From contig NC_090601.1 in assembly GCF_000497125.1 (NCBI RefSeq), positions 372,001 through 436,000 on the forward strand: a DNA stretch of 64,000 bases, given 5' to 3'. Source of the stretch: Spironucleus salmonicida (taxonomy: Eukaryota). The first letter of the stretch is position 1; each line of letters opens with the position of its first letter. The position numbers and the translations under genes are program-made. Below the pieces are notes generated by a model. The model was not told where the DNA came from and searched no databases. It saw nothing but the letters and a program-made list of their open reading frames with translations. Of this stretch, positions 52,778 through 64,000 are shown one piece after another.

Positions 52778-53029
52778 TCACTCGTCTATCAGGCGCACCA
52801 GCGCCAGGATATCATTAAGCGTGATATCTGAAAGTGATGGAGATTCCCGGATGACAACCTCATCAGATGGATCGTTCCTAGCAATCTTGTAATACTTGTT
52901 CTTCAGCTGAGATACAGTATGACCGCGGAAAGATCTTTCCCGTATGGTCTCCCACCTCCCTCGATATTCCTTATATGCTTGTTGCAACCGTTCCTCTTGT
53001 TCGTAAGTCCATTTAATTCTTCCTGGCAT
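52778..53029 (-). CDS. Small single-repeat Myb-like DNA-binding protein, copy 1 (83 aa)
   Basis: RIKWTYEQEERLQQAYKEYRGRWETIRERSFRGHTVSQLKNKYY; start chosen at MPGR because of the upstream CCACTTC. Confidence 0.85.
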   Translation of the reverse strand: MPGRIKWTYEQEERLQQAYKEYRGRWETIRERSFRGHTVSQLKNKYYKIARNDPSDEVVIRESPSLSDITLNDILALVRLIDE

Positions 53030-53778
53030 TATATATGAAGTGGAGAATCTGTTGATCTCTTTGTATCTATAATATAAGTTTATTTTTATTCTCTCAGATT
53101 TTCTTATCATGTGTAGACTAGATAATCGCGTTCAGTATGAGTTATTTTGGGAAAGAGTACTATCAACCTAAAAATCTTTATATGTATTTTTTAGTATATC
53201 TGCTAGAATAGAAAAAGTTTTTTCTGCATTATTAAAATAATATATGTATTAATGTAATAAAACCAGTAACCATGCAAAATGTCTATATACATTTTAATAT
53301 ATTTATAGTATATACCAACCTCAATACTGATCTAGAAATAGATAATTTTAGGATATAATTTGATAAATAGTAAATTATGATGATCTTAGGAAATTCGAAT
53401 GTATACATTTGTAAAAGATTGCCTAATCATAAATTATATATAAAAGTCCTTTACATAATACTTAAAACTTTATAATTTTTGTAACTAGTAATATTATCTG
53501 AAATTACAATCATTTTTACTTGGCATTTTATATTTATATTATAATATAATATTAGTATTACTAAAAATTATCACAACTATTATAAAATTTAAATTTAGCG
53601 CTAATCGCAGGAAAAATGTTTAAATTTAAAAAATATACAGGTGGATTATATATATTTTTATTAAACACTTACGATATTTGGTATCTCACGTCATAAAGTC
53701 AGTGAGTAATTTGACTTGACGAACTAAAAGTGTTGTTCGTCGTGGTAAAATATAAGTGATTGGTATGAAGAGATAAAA

Positions 53779-54879
53779 TCACTTTATCTCTTACCCATTG
53801 ATCTGTGAAATCCACGAAGATACTACCTCTACCATCGTCTCAGCCCCCATATCCTGTACTGCCTAACTAGGGACTACTCTGATTCCTTAGATAAGATTCC
53901 TCTGCATTTCTTTCATCGTTTTTGGGTACTATTTTTCCAAGTAAAATGAGCTACTGCCAAGGGGGACACTTGCTCTCATTGTTTCATAGAGCATGCTCTC
54001 AAGATCTGTTCGTTTTTGTAGGATCAAGGCAGATATAGTTCTAAGCCTATACAGCTCCTTACACTTAATATATACTAGTTTTTCCAAACTGCGTAGTTCC
54101 TATTTGTAGTGTTGCTTCTCACTTTCGAATTTTTTCAGCAACTCACTGACGAAACTACTCACCTACTACTTTTCTGCTTCATATTTTCTCTCGAAGTCAC
54201 TGATAATCACTTACATCTAGATAATTTGATTGCTTTACTCGCCTATTTTTCTCTCCATTTCTTGTTTTACACTCAGCTCATATCGCTATACGTCTTTTTA
54301 CCCGATAAAGCCCTCGCTGACTGGCTTACTTTACTTTTTCAGCAACTGGATGCCCTTCTAGAGTTCAATGTTCTGTATTCGTAAAAGCTTAGTCTCTCTT
54401 CCAACGTCTTAGTTATATCTTGCCAGCTTCTCTGCAACGGCATCTTCTACAGCTTTCCTTTTGTCTATCTCAAATGCTGCAGTTCGCTATGCAGCATCTG
54501 CAAGTGCTTACTACTTCAAAAGATCTAATTAAAGCTCTAAATCCTACCTCTATTCTTCGCTAATTTCTAGGCGCCGCAAAAGTTAAATCTTCTCTCCTGC
54601 AAACTAACCGAAGTCACTTAGCAGCTACTAAAAGTCATTAATTCGCGATCTTTCCTAGTCTAGATCAGTTCGTAATAATTAATTCTCATGGGCGGCATCA
54701 TCTAGACGCTTATTAGCTTGCTTTTCAGTTTGCGCCTGAAATTCCTCAAGCTTAGACTCCATCGCGCGGTACTTAGCGCGTTCGCGTGCGAGCTCTTCTT
54801 TGAGCTAGTTGATTTATTCGGCACTTCTTCGCTCAATGTTTGCTATTTTCTGATGCAGAAATGTTGGGTCGTTTTGCAT
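53779..54879 (-). CDS. Coiled-coil protein, BBOF1/CCDC176-like, copy 1 (366 aa)
   Basis: Mirror of 56736-57836. Confidence 0.7.
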
Positions 54880-54921
54880 TTTTATATAATAATTTCTATA
54901 TAAATTCACTTATAATTTTTA

Positions 54922-55659
54922 TCATCTTCTTTTGACTTTAAGTTTATAAATTACCTCGTTAAGAATATTCATAACTGTTTAGCTTGCTTGCATATCATAT
55001 AGGTTAAATGAAATAAAACTAGCACAGTTTTTTTCATACTTCATAAAAGCAATATATTATTAGAATTTAGTACCCTCAGCTCCATACAGTAATTAAAATT
55101 CATAAAATTATTTTTGAATGAAAGAATTTTGCTTTAGTTCAAGTAATTATTAAGGTTACATTATAATAGACTTTTAGGTTGATTTTTAATATGGGAAAAA
55201 AATATTGTTTAGTTCTGATTTGTTCAGTTTTTAACCAATTTTTTATTATGAAATAACGTTAGCCACTATATTTTATATAAATTTTTCACGGCCACGTAGT
55301 ACAATCTAAGAAAATAATCCTTTGAAGTTATAAATATCTAATAACTTATCTTATGCCCGCCTCCTAAACTATTTAATTTAAACTTTTTAAATTACTGAAT
55401 TTTATAGTGTAAACTTATTCTGATTAATATCTGATTAAAAATTTAATTATTCCTATGAATAGTTACAGCAATATTAATTACGTAAGCACCCCTTTGTGCT
55501 AATGTCTGTTTACGGTTATTTGTAGGATACATTTCTTTAACTAAATTAACGTTATCTATTGCAACTTTGTGTCTAAGCTTTTTATTTATCTTCTAATACA
55601 TTTTCTATAGTTTTTTTAAGAGTAATGTGAAGTTAATATTAATTTAGTCTTGACATCAT
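54922..55659 (-). CDS. Hypothetical protein in IR2 spacer (245 aa)
   Basis: MMSRLNQYQLHITLKK...KLKVKRR*, open in code 6; AGTGAA shortly downstream. Confidence 0.6.
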
Positions 55660-55800
55660 TTTTTAATATCTTATTTATAACATAAAATAATAATATTTTA
55701 AAACTTTACTTATAATATGAACTTAAAAAATTAGTAATATAAACAAGTAAACAGAATTCACTCTATTAAAAATTACATTTTCAATAAAGTATAATAAATA

Positions 55801-56634
55801 TCATTACACCGAAAGCCAATCTAATATTGTCTTTGATAATTCAAGAGGAATAGCACTGCCTATACTATGGATGCTATTAAAATAAACAATTTATCCCAAT
55901 TTATTCTCGTTAACTAAGGAATAAACTGCTTCGCTGTCAATATAACTATCATTGTCAACTAATATAAACAACCCATTTTATACCGATAAATATGCATTCT
56001 CTAAGCCAGAGAATTAAAAATCTCTTAAATACTTCATCTAAGAATTCACATACTTTTATATTTGATTGTGATAACCGAGTTTCCATATTGCCTTATACTG
56101 ATGATGCTATGGAATTATTTGAGATGTTCTAGAAGAGACTTAGCCTTAAATTATTTAGAATGTTTAATTCCAAAAATATCTTAATAGATAGTTCAAACCT
56201 CTTATTTTGCAAACTTATACCAAGAAGCCTTCTTTTACTTTAACACCACCAGGAGTTATTGCAATAACCAAAGACTCCGATATAGTTCTATTCAATAATA
56301 TGGCAAGTAGTCCGCCAAGTGAATGCCCACATAATATAATGTACTTAAATTTAAACGATTGAATAAATATTTTTAATATTGAGACTACACTTTCTGTTGC
56401 ATATGACTATAATTCTTCTGATTTTCCATGTCCTGGTAAATCAGGTGCTATGACACGATATTCATTCTCTAAATATAAAATCAAAGGTGTATAAGATTCA
56501 ATAAGTTAACCAAACCCATGAAAAAAGAATAAAGGTTACTTATCATTTTAAGAATCATAATAAGATATGCTCTGAAAGAATTAAATTTTTAATTGATCAA
56601 GTTAAATTGACCAATCAACATCTTCGAATTCCAT
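55801..56634 (-). CDS. Alpha/beta-fold hydrolase in IR2 spacer (277 aa)
   Basis: FFHGFG, RVIAPDLPGHGKS, nucleophile elbow GHSLGG, candidate acid in DNDS and His in SIHS. Confidence 0.92.
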
Positions 56635-56735
56635 ATATGTTTAGTCTTATTATGATTATTATATTCATTAAAGTATTAATTTGTTTTATCATGAATATAT
56701 TATTATATTGTTATAATATGTTTATATACCTTAAA

Positions 56736-57836
56736 ATGCAAAACGACCCAACATTTCTGCATCAGAAAATAGCAAACATTGAGCGAAGAAGTGCCGAATA
56801 AATCAACTAGCTCAAAGAAGAGCTCGCACGCGAACGCGCTAAGTACCGCGCGATGGAGTCTAAGCTTGAGGAATTTCAGGCGCAAACTGAAAAGCAAGCT
56901 AATAAGCGTCTAGATGATGCCGCCCATGAGAATTAATTATTACGAACTGATCTAGACTAGGAAAGATCGCGAATTAATGACTTTTAGTAGCTGCTAAGTG
57001 ACTTCGGTTAGTTTGCAGGAGAGAAGATTTAACTTTTGCGGCGCCTAGAAATTAGCGAAGAATAGAGGTAGGATTTAGAGCTTTAATTAGATCTTTTGAA
57101 GTAGTAAGCACTTGCAGATGCTGCATAGCGAACTGCAGCATTTGAGATAGACAAAAGGAAAGCTGTAGAAGATGCCGTTGCAGAGAAGCTGGCAAGATAT
57201 AACTAAGACGTTGGAAGAGAGACTAAGCTTTTACGAATACAGAACATTGAACTCTAGAAGGGCATCCAGTTGCTGAAAAAGTAAAGTAAGCCAGTCAGCG
57301 AGGGCTTTATCGGGTAAAAAGACGTATAGCGATATGAGCTGAGTGTAAAACAAGAAATGGAGAGAAAAATAGGCGAGTAAAGCAATCAAATTATCTAGAT
57401 GTAAGTGATTATCAGTGACTTCGAGAGAAAATATGAAGCAGAAAAGTAGTAGGTGAGTAGTTTCGTCAGTGAGTTGCTGAAAAAATTCGAAAGTGAGAAG
57501 CAACACTACAAATAGGAACTACGCAGTTTGGAAAAACTAGTATATATTAAGTGTAAGGAGCTGTATAGGCTTAGAACTATATCTGCCTTGATCCTACAAA
57601 AACGAACAGATCTTGAGAGCATGCTCTATGAAACAATGAGAGCAAGTGTCCCCCTTGGCAGTAGCTCATTTTACTTGGAAAAATAGTACCCAAAAACGAT
57701 GAAAGAAATGCAGAGGAATCTTATCTAAGGAATCAGAGTAGTCCCTAGTTAGGCAGTACAGGATATGGGGGCTGAGACGATGGTAGAGGTAGTATCTTCG
57801 TGGATTTCACAGATCAATGGGTAAGAGATAAAGTGA
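56736..57836 (+). CDS. Coiled-coil protein, BBOF1/CCDC176-like, copy 2 (366 aa)
   Basis: Long heptad-rich ORF; LEKLVYIKCKELYRLRTISALILQKRTDLESMLYETM resembles the BBOF1 C-terminal motif as recalled (the CDS is secure, the name is tentative). Confidence 0.7.
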
Positions 57837-58585
57837 TTTTATCTCTTCATACCAATCACTTATATTTTACCACGACGAACAACACTTTTAGTTCGTCAAG
57901 TCAAATTACTCACTGACTTTATGACGTGAGATACCAAATATCGTAAGTGTTTAATAAAAATATATATAATCCACCTGTATATTTTTTAAATTTAAACATT
58001 TTTCCTGCGATTAGCGCTAAATTTAAATTTTATAATAGTTGTGATAATTTTTAGTAATACTAATATTATATTATAATATAAATATAAAATGCCAAGTAAA
58101 AATGATTGTAATTTCAGATAATATTACTAGTTACAAAAATTATAAAGTTTTAAGTATTATGTAAAGGACTTTTATATATAATTTATGATTAGGCAATCTT
58201 TTACAAATGTATACATTCGAATTTCCTAAGATCATCATAATTTACTATTTATCAAATTATATCCTAAAATTATCTATTTCTAGATCAGTATTGAGGTTGG
58301 TATATACTATAAATATATTAAAATGTATATAGACATTTTGCATGGTTACTGGTTTTATTACATTAATACATATATTATTTTAATAATGCAGAAAAAACTT
58401 TTTCTATTCTAGCAGATATACTAAAAAATACATATAAAGATTTTTAGGTTGATAGTACTCTTTCCCAAAATAACTCATACTGAACGCGATTATCTAGTCT
58501 ACACATGATAAGAAAATCTGAGAGAATAAAAATAAACTTATATTATAGATACAAAGAGATCAACAGATTCTCCACTTCATATATA

Positions 58586-58837
58586 ATGCCAGGAAGAATT
58601 AAATGGACTTACGAACAAGAGGAACGGTTGCAACAAGCATATAAGGAATATCGAGGGAGGTGGGAGACCATACGGGAAAGATCTTTCCGCGGTCATACTG
58701 TATCTCAGCTGAAGAACAAGTATTACAAGATTGCTAGGAACGATCCATCTGATGAGGTTGTCATCCGGGAATCTCCATCACTTTCAGATATCACGCTTAA
58801 TGATATCCTGGCGCTGGTGCGCCTGATAGACGAGTGA
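58586..58837 (+). CDS. Small Myb-like protein, copy 2
   Basis: Mirror of 52778-53029. Confidence 0.85.
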   Translation: MPGRIKWTYEQEERLQQAYKEYRGRWETIRERSFRGHTVSQLKNKYYKIARNDPSDEVVIRESPSLSDITLNDILALVRLIDE

Positions 58838-59526
58838 GAAATATGATTACTTACTTTACACTTGGTTTTTTATAGAATTAGATAAATGTGCATGCTGAGG
58901 GCTGACTGATAAACACCCATACGTATCACATAAATAGGGATCGGGACTAATGACTGCAGATTTTGTAGCGTATAGTGTTTCATATGCAGCTCGTGACTTT
59001 CAATGGGGTATTTTCTAGATTAAAATACACTGAGAGCAAATAATATAACCCTCCAAATACTAAATATTTATTATATAGAGTAGTAAGCTGATACAGAACA
59101 ATTTTCGTGGAATAGATATTCGGCTGTTTCTGTGCAAATGTTGAACATTAGGATAATAATAGAGAAATTATATACATTTTCAAAGAAGGTAATATCTCCG
59201 CAGTTATCTGGTCCTTGACACGACTGCACGACTAGTAAGTATAATGAGGTGCAATATATTTAAGAAGTATATTCGTGTTTAAAATCTTCCATTATGTACT
59301 TCCTTCTGCTTAGTCTGACTAGAGCTTTTATCGACTAAACGCTTCAAACTTGTGTAACCATCTAAAATATGAAATTCCATCGCATAACCTTAAATAATAC
59401 TTCGCTTCCCATGCAGCGGAGTTACCAGATATTAAGCCAGCTACCTAGTTAATGGGCGATTATAAGTGTGATACCGCAGCAATTTAAAGAACTGGTTGGC
59501 TGAGGATAGTTTTATATTATATATAC

Positions 59527-59697
59527 TCACTTTCCTTCAATACAAGTCATAGACAATTCGAACGAGTCCTATTCGTAGCTATCATTGGTTTATAATATTG
59601 GAAGCTGGGCCTCCTCAATTGACTGCTTTGGTGGCAGTGCTTCGTTACTTTTGATTGCAAGTAGCTTCTATCTTAGCCTTGCCGAGTCAAGCTTCAT
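59527..59697 (-). CDS. Small ORF (56 aa), copy 2
   Basis: Mirror of 51918-52088. Confidence 0.55.
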
Positions 59698-60226
59698 TTG
59701 TAAGATATACGTAGAAACCACATACTGAATATTAATATATTAATATGGTCATTCAGATCATAAGTTATAAATAGGAAGGGAAATAGCTTTAGATCTATTA
59801 GGCAGTATTCGCAATGTTGGGTAAAGGTCCTGTTTTTCATTCAATGTTATAAATATATTATGGTGAGGTAGTTAATAGATTTTTTCATAAATAACTTGAT
59901 CATATATTATTATGTACAGGAATGAAGCAAAACTTATTCAGTGTATACGAATGTCATATCAGAAACGATCACTGTTACTCCACCCGCGAGCAGGACCAGA
60001 TGGGCTCACCCCTAAGTAAACATAATATAAGAGATGTTACCACAGATAATGTACCGGGAACACCCCTTCAGTACCGACGTCCTAGCCTTCTCAGATCTTA
60101 CCAAAACCATCACCGCAGATACGAACTATATATCCACGCCGCAGTACATCCAACGTAACCTCCCAATCTCCTTCACCGGTTGGATACGGAACTACGTTCA
60201 TCAGTCTGAATGATTTCCATTCCTAA

Positions 60227-61441
60227 ATGATAACCAACTGTCTAATCGAACATCCCGAAACTCCAGTCTGCCTCAAGTGCATGCCCGGTTTCCTACCAGA
60301 TCTATACCATACATCATGTGGATCTTGTAGTAGTGTTGAGAACTGTGCAATCTGTAAGCCTATCTAAGGCAAGCTTTGTGCGCGCTGCATACCAGGGTTC
60401 GTCACCAACGAGGACTCAAATACCTGTATCGCATATAGTGGTATAAACTGTCGGATAGCTAACGTACCCGATATATGCATGCAGTGCGCTGCTGGATACT
60501 TTCTTTCACACAATAACTGCGATTGCCCTCGCGGGTGTCTCGCCTGTACTATCTCTGGAAACACCAAAATCTGTCAGGAATGCCATTCTACTTATTTGCC
60601 AACGCCAGATCACGCCTGCTCGCGTGACTGTGCCAACATTCCCTACTGTGCCCAGTGCGATATTTTTACACGCCACTGCTCCGCATGCAAATAGGGCTTC
60701 GCTTTAGTAAATGGAATGTGCCTGCTCTGTGGCTCACTTTCGGTTTCAATATCGGGAGACTCCTGTGTCTCGAGCGCCTGCTAGACCATTCCCCACTGCA
60801 CGCTATGCGAGGACAACCGCTGCATTGCATGCACCAGCGGTATTCCAACTTAGAACGGTCTCACGTGCGGCTCCTGTGACACCCGGGACTGCCTGTTTTG
60901 TGACGATGTGGATCCAACTATTTGTGGAAATTGTGAGTCTGGGCAAGCTGGCACGCGCGGTATTTGCGGCGCACCGTTGGTACAGAACTGCATATTGGGC
61001 GCAGATACCATCTGCTCTCAATGCGGAACTGGAAGCTAGCTGCTCGGCGGCGTGTGCGTCTGTATCAGTCGCCAAAACTGCGCAAGCTGCGACGAACACT
61101 CCAACTGTCAGAAGTGTCTCTTCGGCTTTGAGATGACGCTGATTGGATGCTAGCCTTTACAGTGTCACGCATCAAACTGCAATCTGTGCTATGCGGATGG
61201 CCGCTGCCGCATCTGCGGTCCGAAGTTCACGAACCGGGGCGGCGGCTGCCATGCAGAGCAACACACCATCACGAACACTGAATTTGTGTTCCTTGCGCTG
61301 ACCGCGGTATGGGTTGCCTATATAGTGTTCCTGTCCATGAAGCACCACCGTGCCTAGCGGCAGCAGCGTGCAGAGCGGATCCAGAACCACACATTCCAGC
61401 TCAGCAACAAGCTCGCAAACACGTCATTCGGATGGGGATGA
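60227..61441 (+). CDS. Cysteine-rich (CxxC) membrane protein, HCMP/CRMP-like, copy 2 (404 aa; frame also open from ATG 59912)
   Basis: About 20 CxxC motifs, C-terminal TM FVFLALTAVWVAYIVFLSM and a 33-aa basic tail; CCATTCC just before ATG 60227. Confidence 0.85.
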
Positions 61442-61447
61442 AACTGC

Positions 61448-61530
61448 TCACTCCGGTACCCCGCCCCTGCGGTACCGCCGCCGCTCTATCTACAGCCGGT
61501 TGTTACGCACGAACTGCGCGTTGGTGAAGT
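61448..61530 (-). pseudogene. 3' remnant of the 49805-50167 gene
   Basis: Mirror of 50085-50167; no upstream in-frame ATG before the next TGA. Confidence 0.7.
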
Positions 61531-62973
61531 TTTCACTACGTAACAATACTAGGCGATATATTGTTAGTATTAAAATGGATGACACTTATATTTTTATTGA
61601 ATCTATGCTAGTCTTACTATACTCTATATAATGTCTTTTAGCTTTCGTAAGAACAGATCATATAATATGCTAAGAAAATGATTCTATTTACATAACTTTT
61701 TTATTATTGTAAATCTAATTTAATAATAAATTATCAATAGATCAAGTTATGAAAATATAATTTATTTAAATATACTTCAATTTAAAAGCACTAAATAGTT
61801 TAGAACTGTTAGTATTGCGAGAAAATAAAAGTTACTTAATATTATATTGGATAATAAAAAATAAAAAGTCGATTTTGATATATTTGGATCTTATTATTTT
61901 ACTTTTTACACACATTAATTACTATTGCTTAGTTGAGTAAAAATAAGATGAATATAGCAGATAGCTTTAATTGTTAGAAAAAATTAAACAGTTTATATAC
62001 TTTATGTAATATTATAGCCTAATATAATAAACAAATAATATTTTATTTATTAATATTTAAAAGAATAAAAATACCTTTAATAGTTATTAATAATATATTC
62101 ATTTCTATGTTTATTAAATAAAAATATTGCAGCTGGGAGGATTTGCCATTTAGGGAATACAAAAATAATAGTTTAAATTTTATCTATATTATTGATACAA
62201 TTTATTTTTAGATATAAACATATAGTTATGGAAGAAATTAAATTGTTAATAGTAATATATAATTTTGTATGTAGGTTTATAATATATTAACTAATAAATT
62301 TTTTTATATGTGTAGACACATATTACTACTATCAAATTACTAATTGATTAATTATTAATATTATATGATCAAATAAGTCAGTTAGTTAATTTAAAATTTC
62401 AAAATGCTTGATAAATAGAGGTTTTAATATATTAACATAAGTATGTGCCTAGGAGTTAAAATTAATTAATATATATTTAATTATAAGTATTATAATATGT
62501 TGTTATACAATTAAATATCTAAAAATAATACAATAAACTAGTAACTTAATATTCGATATTCATATTCAATAGTATAAAGTGAAATAACCTTAACTAGCAT
62601 TTTTACAATTATCTTATTCTACAATAAATTGATAGCTGCATATTAGAAATATAAGACATACTTTAACAAAAGGAATGAAATCATATTATTTTTAAAAATT
62701 ATGCTTTAATACTATTTTAATTATTCTCGTATCAAAATATCTTATATAAAGTAATTTCACATAACTATTAATTATATGTAATAAAAAATATAATTAGCAT
62801 TTATTGTAATGTTTTTAAAATTATAATATAAATATAATTTAATTATTTAGTTATTATAAAGATTTTTACAGATTGATTTATAATTAATTATAATTATTGA
62901 ATGTCAATAGTTATCAATCATTGTGAAGAAAATTAATAATTATCAATATTATATACTAATAATAATATAAATT

Positions 62974-64000
62974 ATGGCAATAGATTTGCAAATGACTGAA
63001 ACTATTCCATTATTTGATGCTGAAATTGCATCAGACTACAAGTATACAGCTACTGAATTACGTGATATAGTAAAGAATCGTAATAAATCCAAATTTACTG
63101 AAACTTTTTAATCTCAGGAGTAAGTTGGTCATTCTTTACACACGACTGCTTTAGCAGGTATTTCATAAAATACAGTTTAACGTAGAATATAATTATTTGG
63201 CAGAAATCTAGTTGCTCCCCCACCATCAAAGCCATTCTGGTGGCTTTTGCTTCAACCTCTTAAGGATCTCACCATGATGATTTTGTTAGTTTCCGCTATT
63301 ATCTCTATCATATTAACTACCACAGTTGCTGACCCAGCAGAACTAGAGTGGATTGATGGTGTGGCAATTTTGTTTGCTGTTGTCATAGTAACTTTGGTCA
63401 CAGCTTGCAATGATTATTCAAAAGAGAAGCAATTCAGAAAGCTTAATGCGGTTAAGGATGATAAAAAAGTTAAGGTTATAAGATAAAGCCAGTAATGCGA
63501 AATTTCTATTCATGATGTTGTTGTTGGAGATATTATTTTACTTATTACTGGAGATTAGATACCTGCTGATGGACTTTTACTTACCGGATCGGAGATCAGA
63601 GTCGACGAGTCAGGTATGACTGGAGAATCTAATGAAATTAAGAAAACTCCTACTGGTGATTGCTTTATGATAGGTAGTAGCCTTATTACTTCAGGATCAG
63701 GCAGAATGGTTATTACAGGTGTTGGTGAAAACTCTATTTATGGAGATATTCTACTTACTCTTTAAGAAGAAGATACTCAAACTCCTCTTTAAGAAAAATT
63801 AGATATTTTAGCAAAACTTATCGGCTATATTGGAATGGGCTCTGCTGGTTTGACTTTTCTTACTTTAGCTATCAAATTTTTCACTTCACATGATTCAGAA
63901 TTTTTGACAGTTCCTAAAAACTATATTGTATTTGTTGACTATTTAATTTTAGCAATTACTATTATTGTTGTTGCTGTTCCTGAAGGTTTACCCCTTGCAG
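62974..64000 (+). CDS. Plasma-membrane-type Ca2+-ATPase (P2B/PMCA), 3' end outside window
   Basis: WIDGVAILFAV, NDYSKEKQF, VVGD, IPADG, DESGMTGES, TPLQEKL, IIVVAVPEGLPLA. Confidence 0.95.

Larger units (their letters stand above)
50085..54882. repeat. Inverted repeat 2, left arm (4798 bp)
   Basis: Reverse complement of 56733-61530 (paired coordinates sum to 111615); one mismatch noticed at 50091/61524. Confidence 0.97.
56733..61530. repeat. Inverted repeat 2, right arm
   Basis: Reverse complement of 50085-54882. Confidence 0.97.

Noticed and set aside
5089-57836. A functional flagellar gene cluster (LC8, DNAH2, NEK, CFAP97D-like, kinesin-2, BBOF1-like)
   Set aside because: Interspersed with unrelated genes; flagellar genes are abundant in such genomes and enrichment cannot be shown from one window.
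58860-59520. Possible gene(s) between the Myb gene and the 56-aa ORF (mirror 52095-52755)
   Set aside because: Frames examined are interrupted by TGA and show no recognisable motif; cannot be supported.
61640-62970. Long AT-rich tract (also 48300-49190, 42200-42780) as centromere, origin or repeat array
   Set aside because: No periodic repeat or convincing ORF seen; treated as intergenic.
572-63486. Short ORF-track fragments suggesting pseudogenes
   Set aside because: They join into full-length conserved proteins once TAA/TAG are read as Gln.
1-64000. tRNA, rRNA, CRISPR or telomeric repeats; ciliate origin
   Set aside because: No such features recognised. Lack of introns, tiny intergenic gaps and AGTGA-linked stops fit a diplomonad better than a ciliate, though the species cannot be fixed without a search.

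Overview
Eukaryotic, gene-dense, apparently intronless DNA read with genetic code 6 (TAA/TAG = Gln, TGA the only stop). It is most consistent with a hexamitid diplomonad (Spironucleus/Hexamita-like); that identification is an inference. The supplied ORF track is fragmented because it treats TAA/TAG as stops. Re-read in code 6, the window holds about 40 CDS: an ABCA transporter, a Snu23/ZMAT2-like zinc finger, dynein light chain LC8, tRNA Gm18 methyltransferase Trm3, two serpins, a REEP/Yop1 protein, a 5071-aa DNAH2-type axonemal dynein heavy chain, a NEK kinase, NSA2, a CFAP97D-like protein, a sugar porter, kinesin-2, Myb proteins, a Kelch protein, a CxxC-rich membrane protein, a BBOF1-like protein, an alpha/beta hydrolase and a PMCA Ca2+-ATPase. 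The most striking structure is two large, near-perfect inverted duplications: 3693-7592/10099-13998 and 50085-54882/56733-61530. Each encloses a unique 1.9-2.5 kb gene-bearing spacer and has a sharp GC-rich island at its outer end. The first has reciprocally truncated genes at its junctions, implying the spacer is inverted relative to the ancestral order. The two serpins 25 kb apart share a ~99.6% identical 509-bp core but have different reactive-centre loops. Other signals are stop codons embedded in an AGTGA motif, a CCAYTCC element just upstream of start codons and a candidate structured RNA. All coordinates and translations were worked out by hand; no database searches were run.
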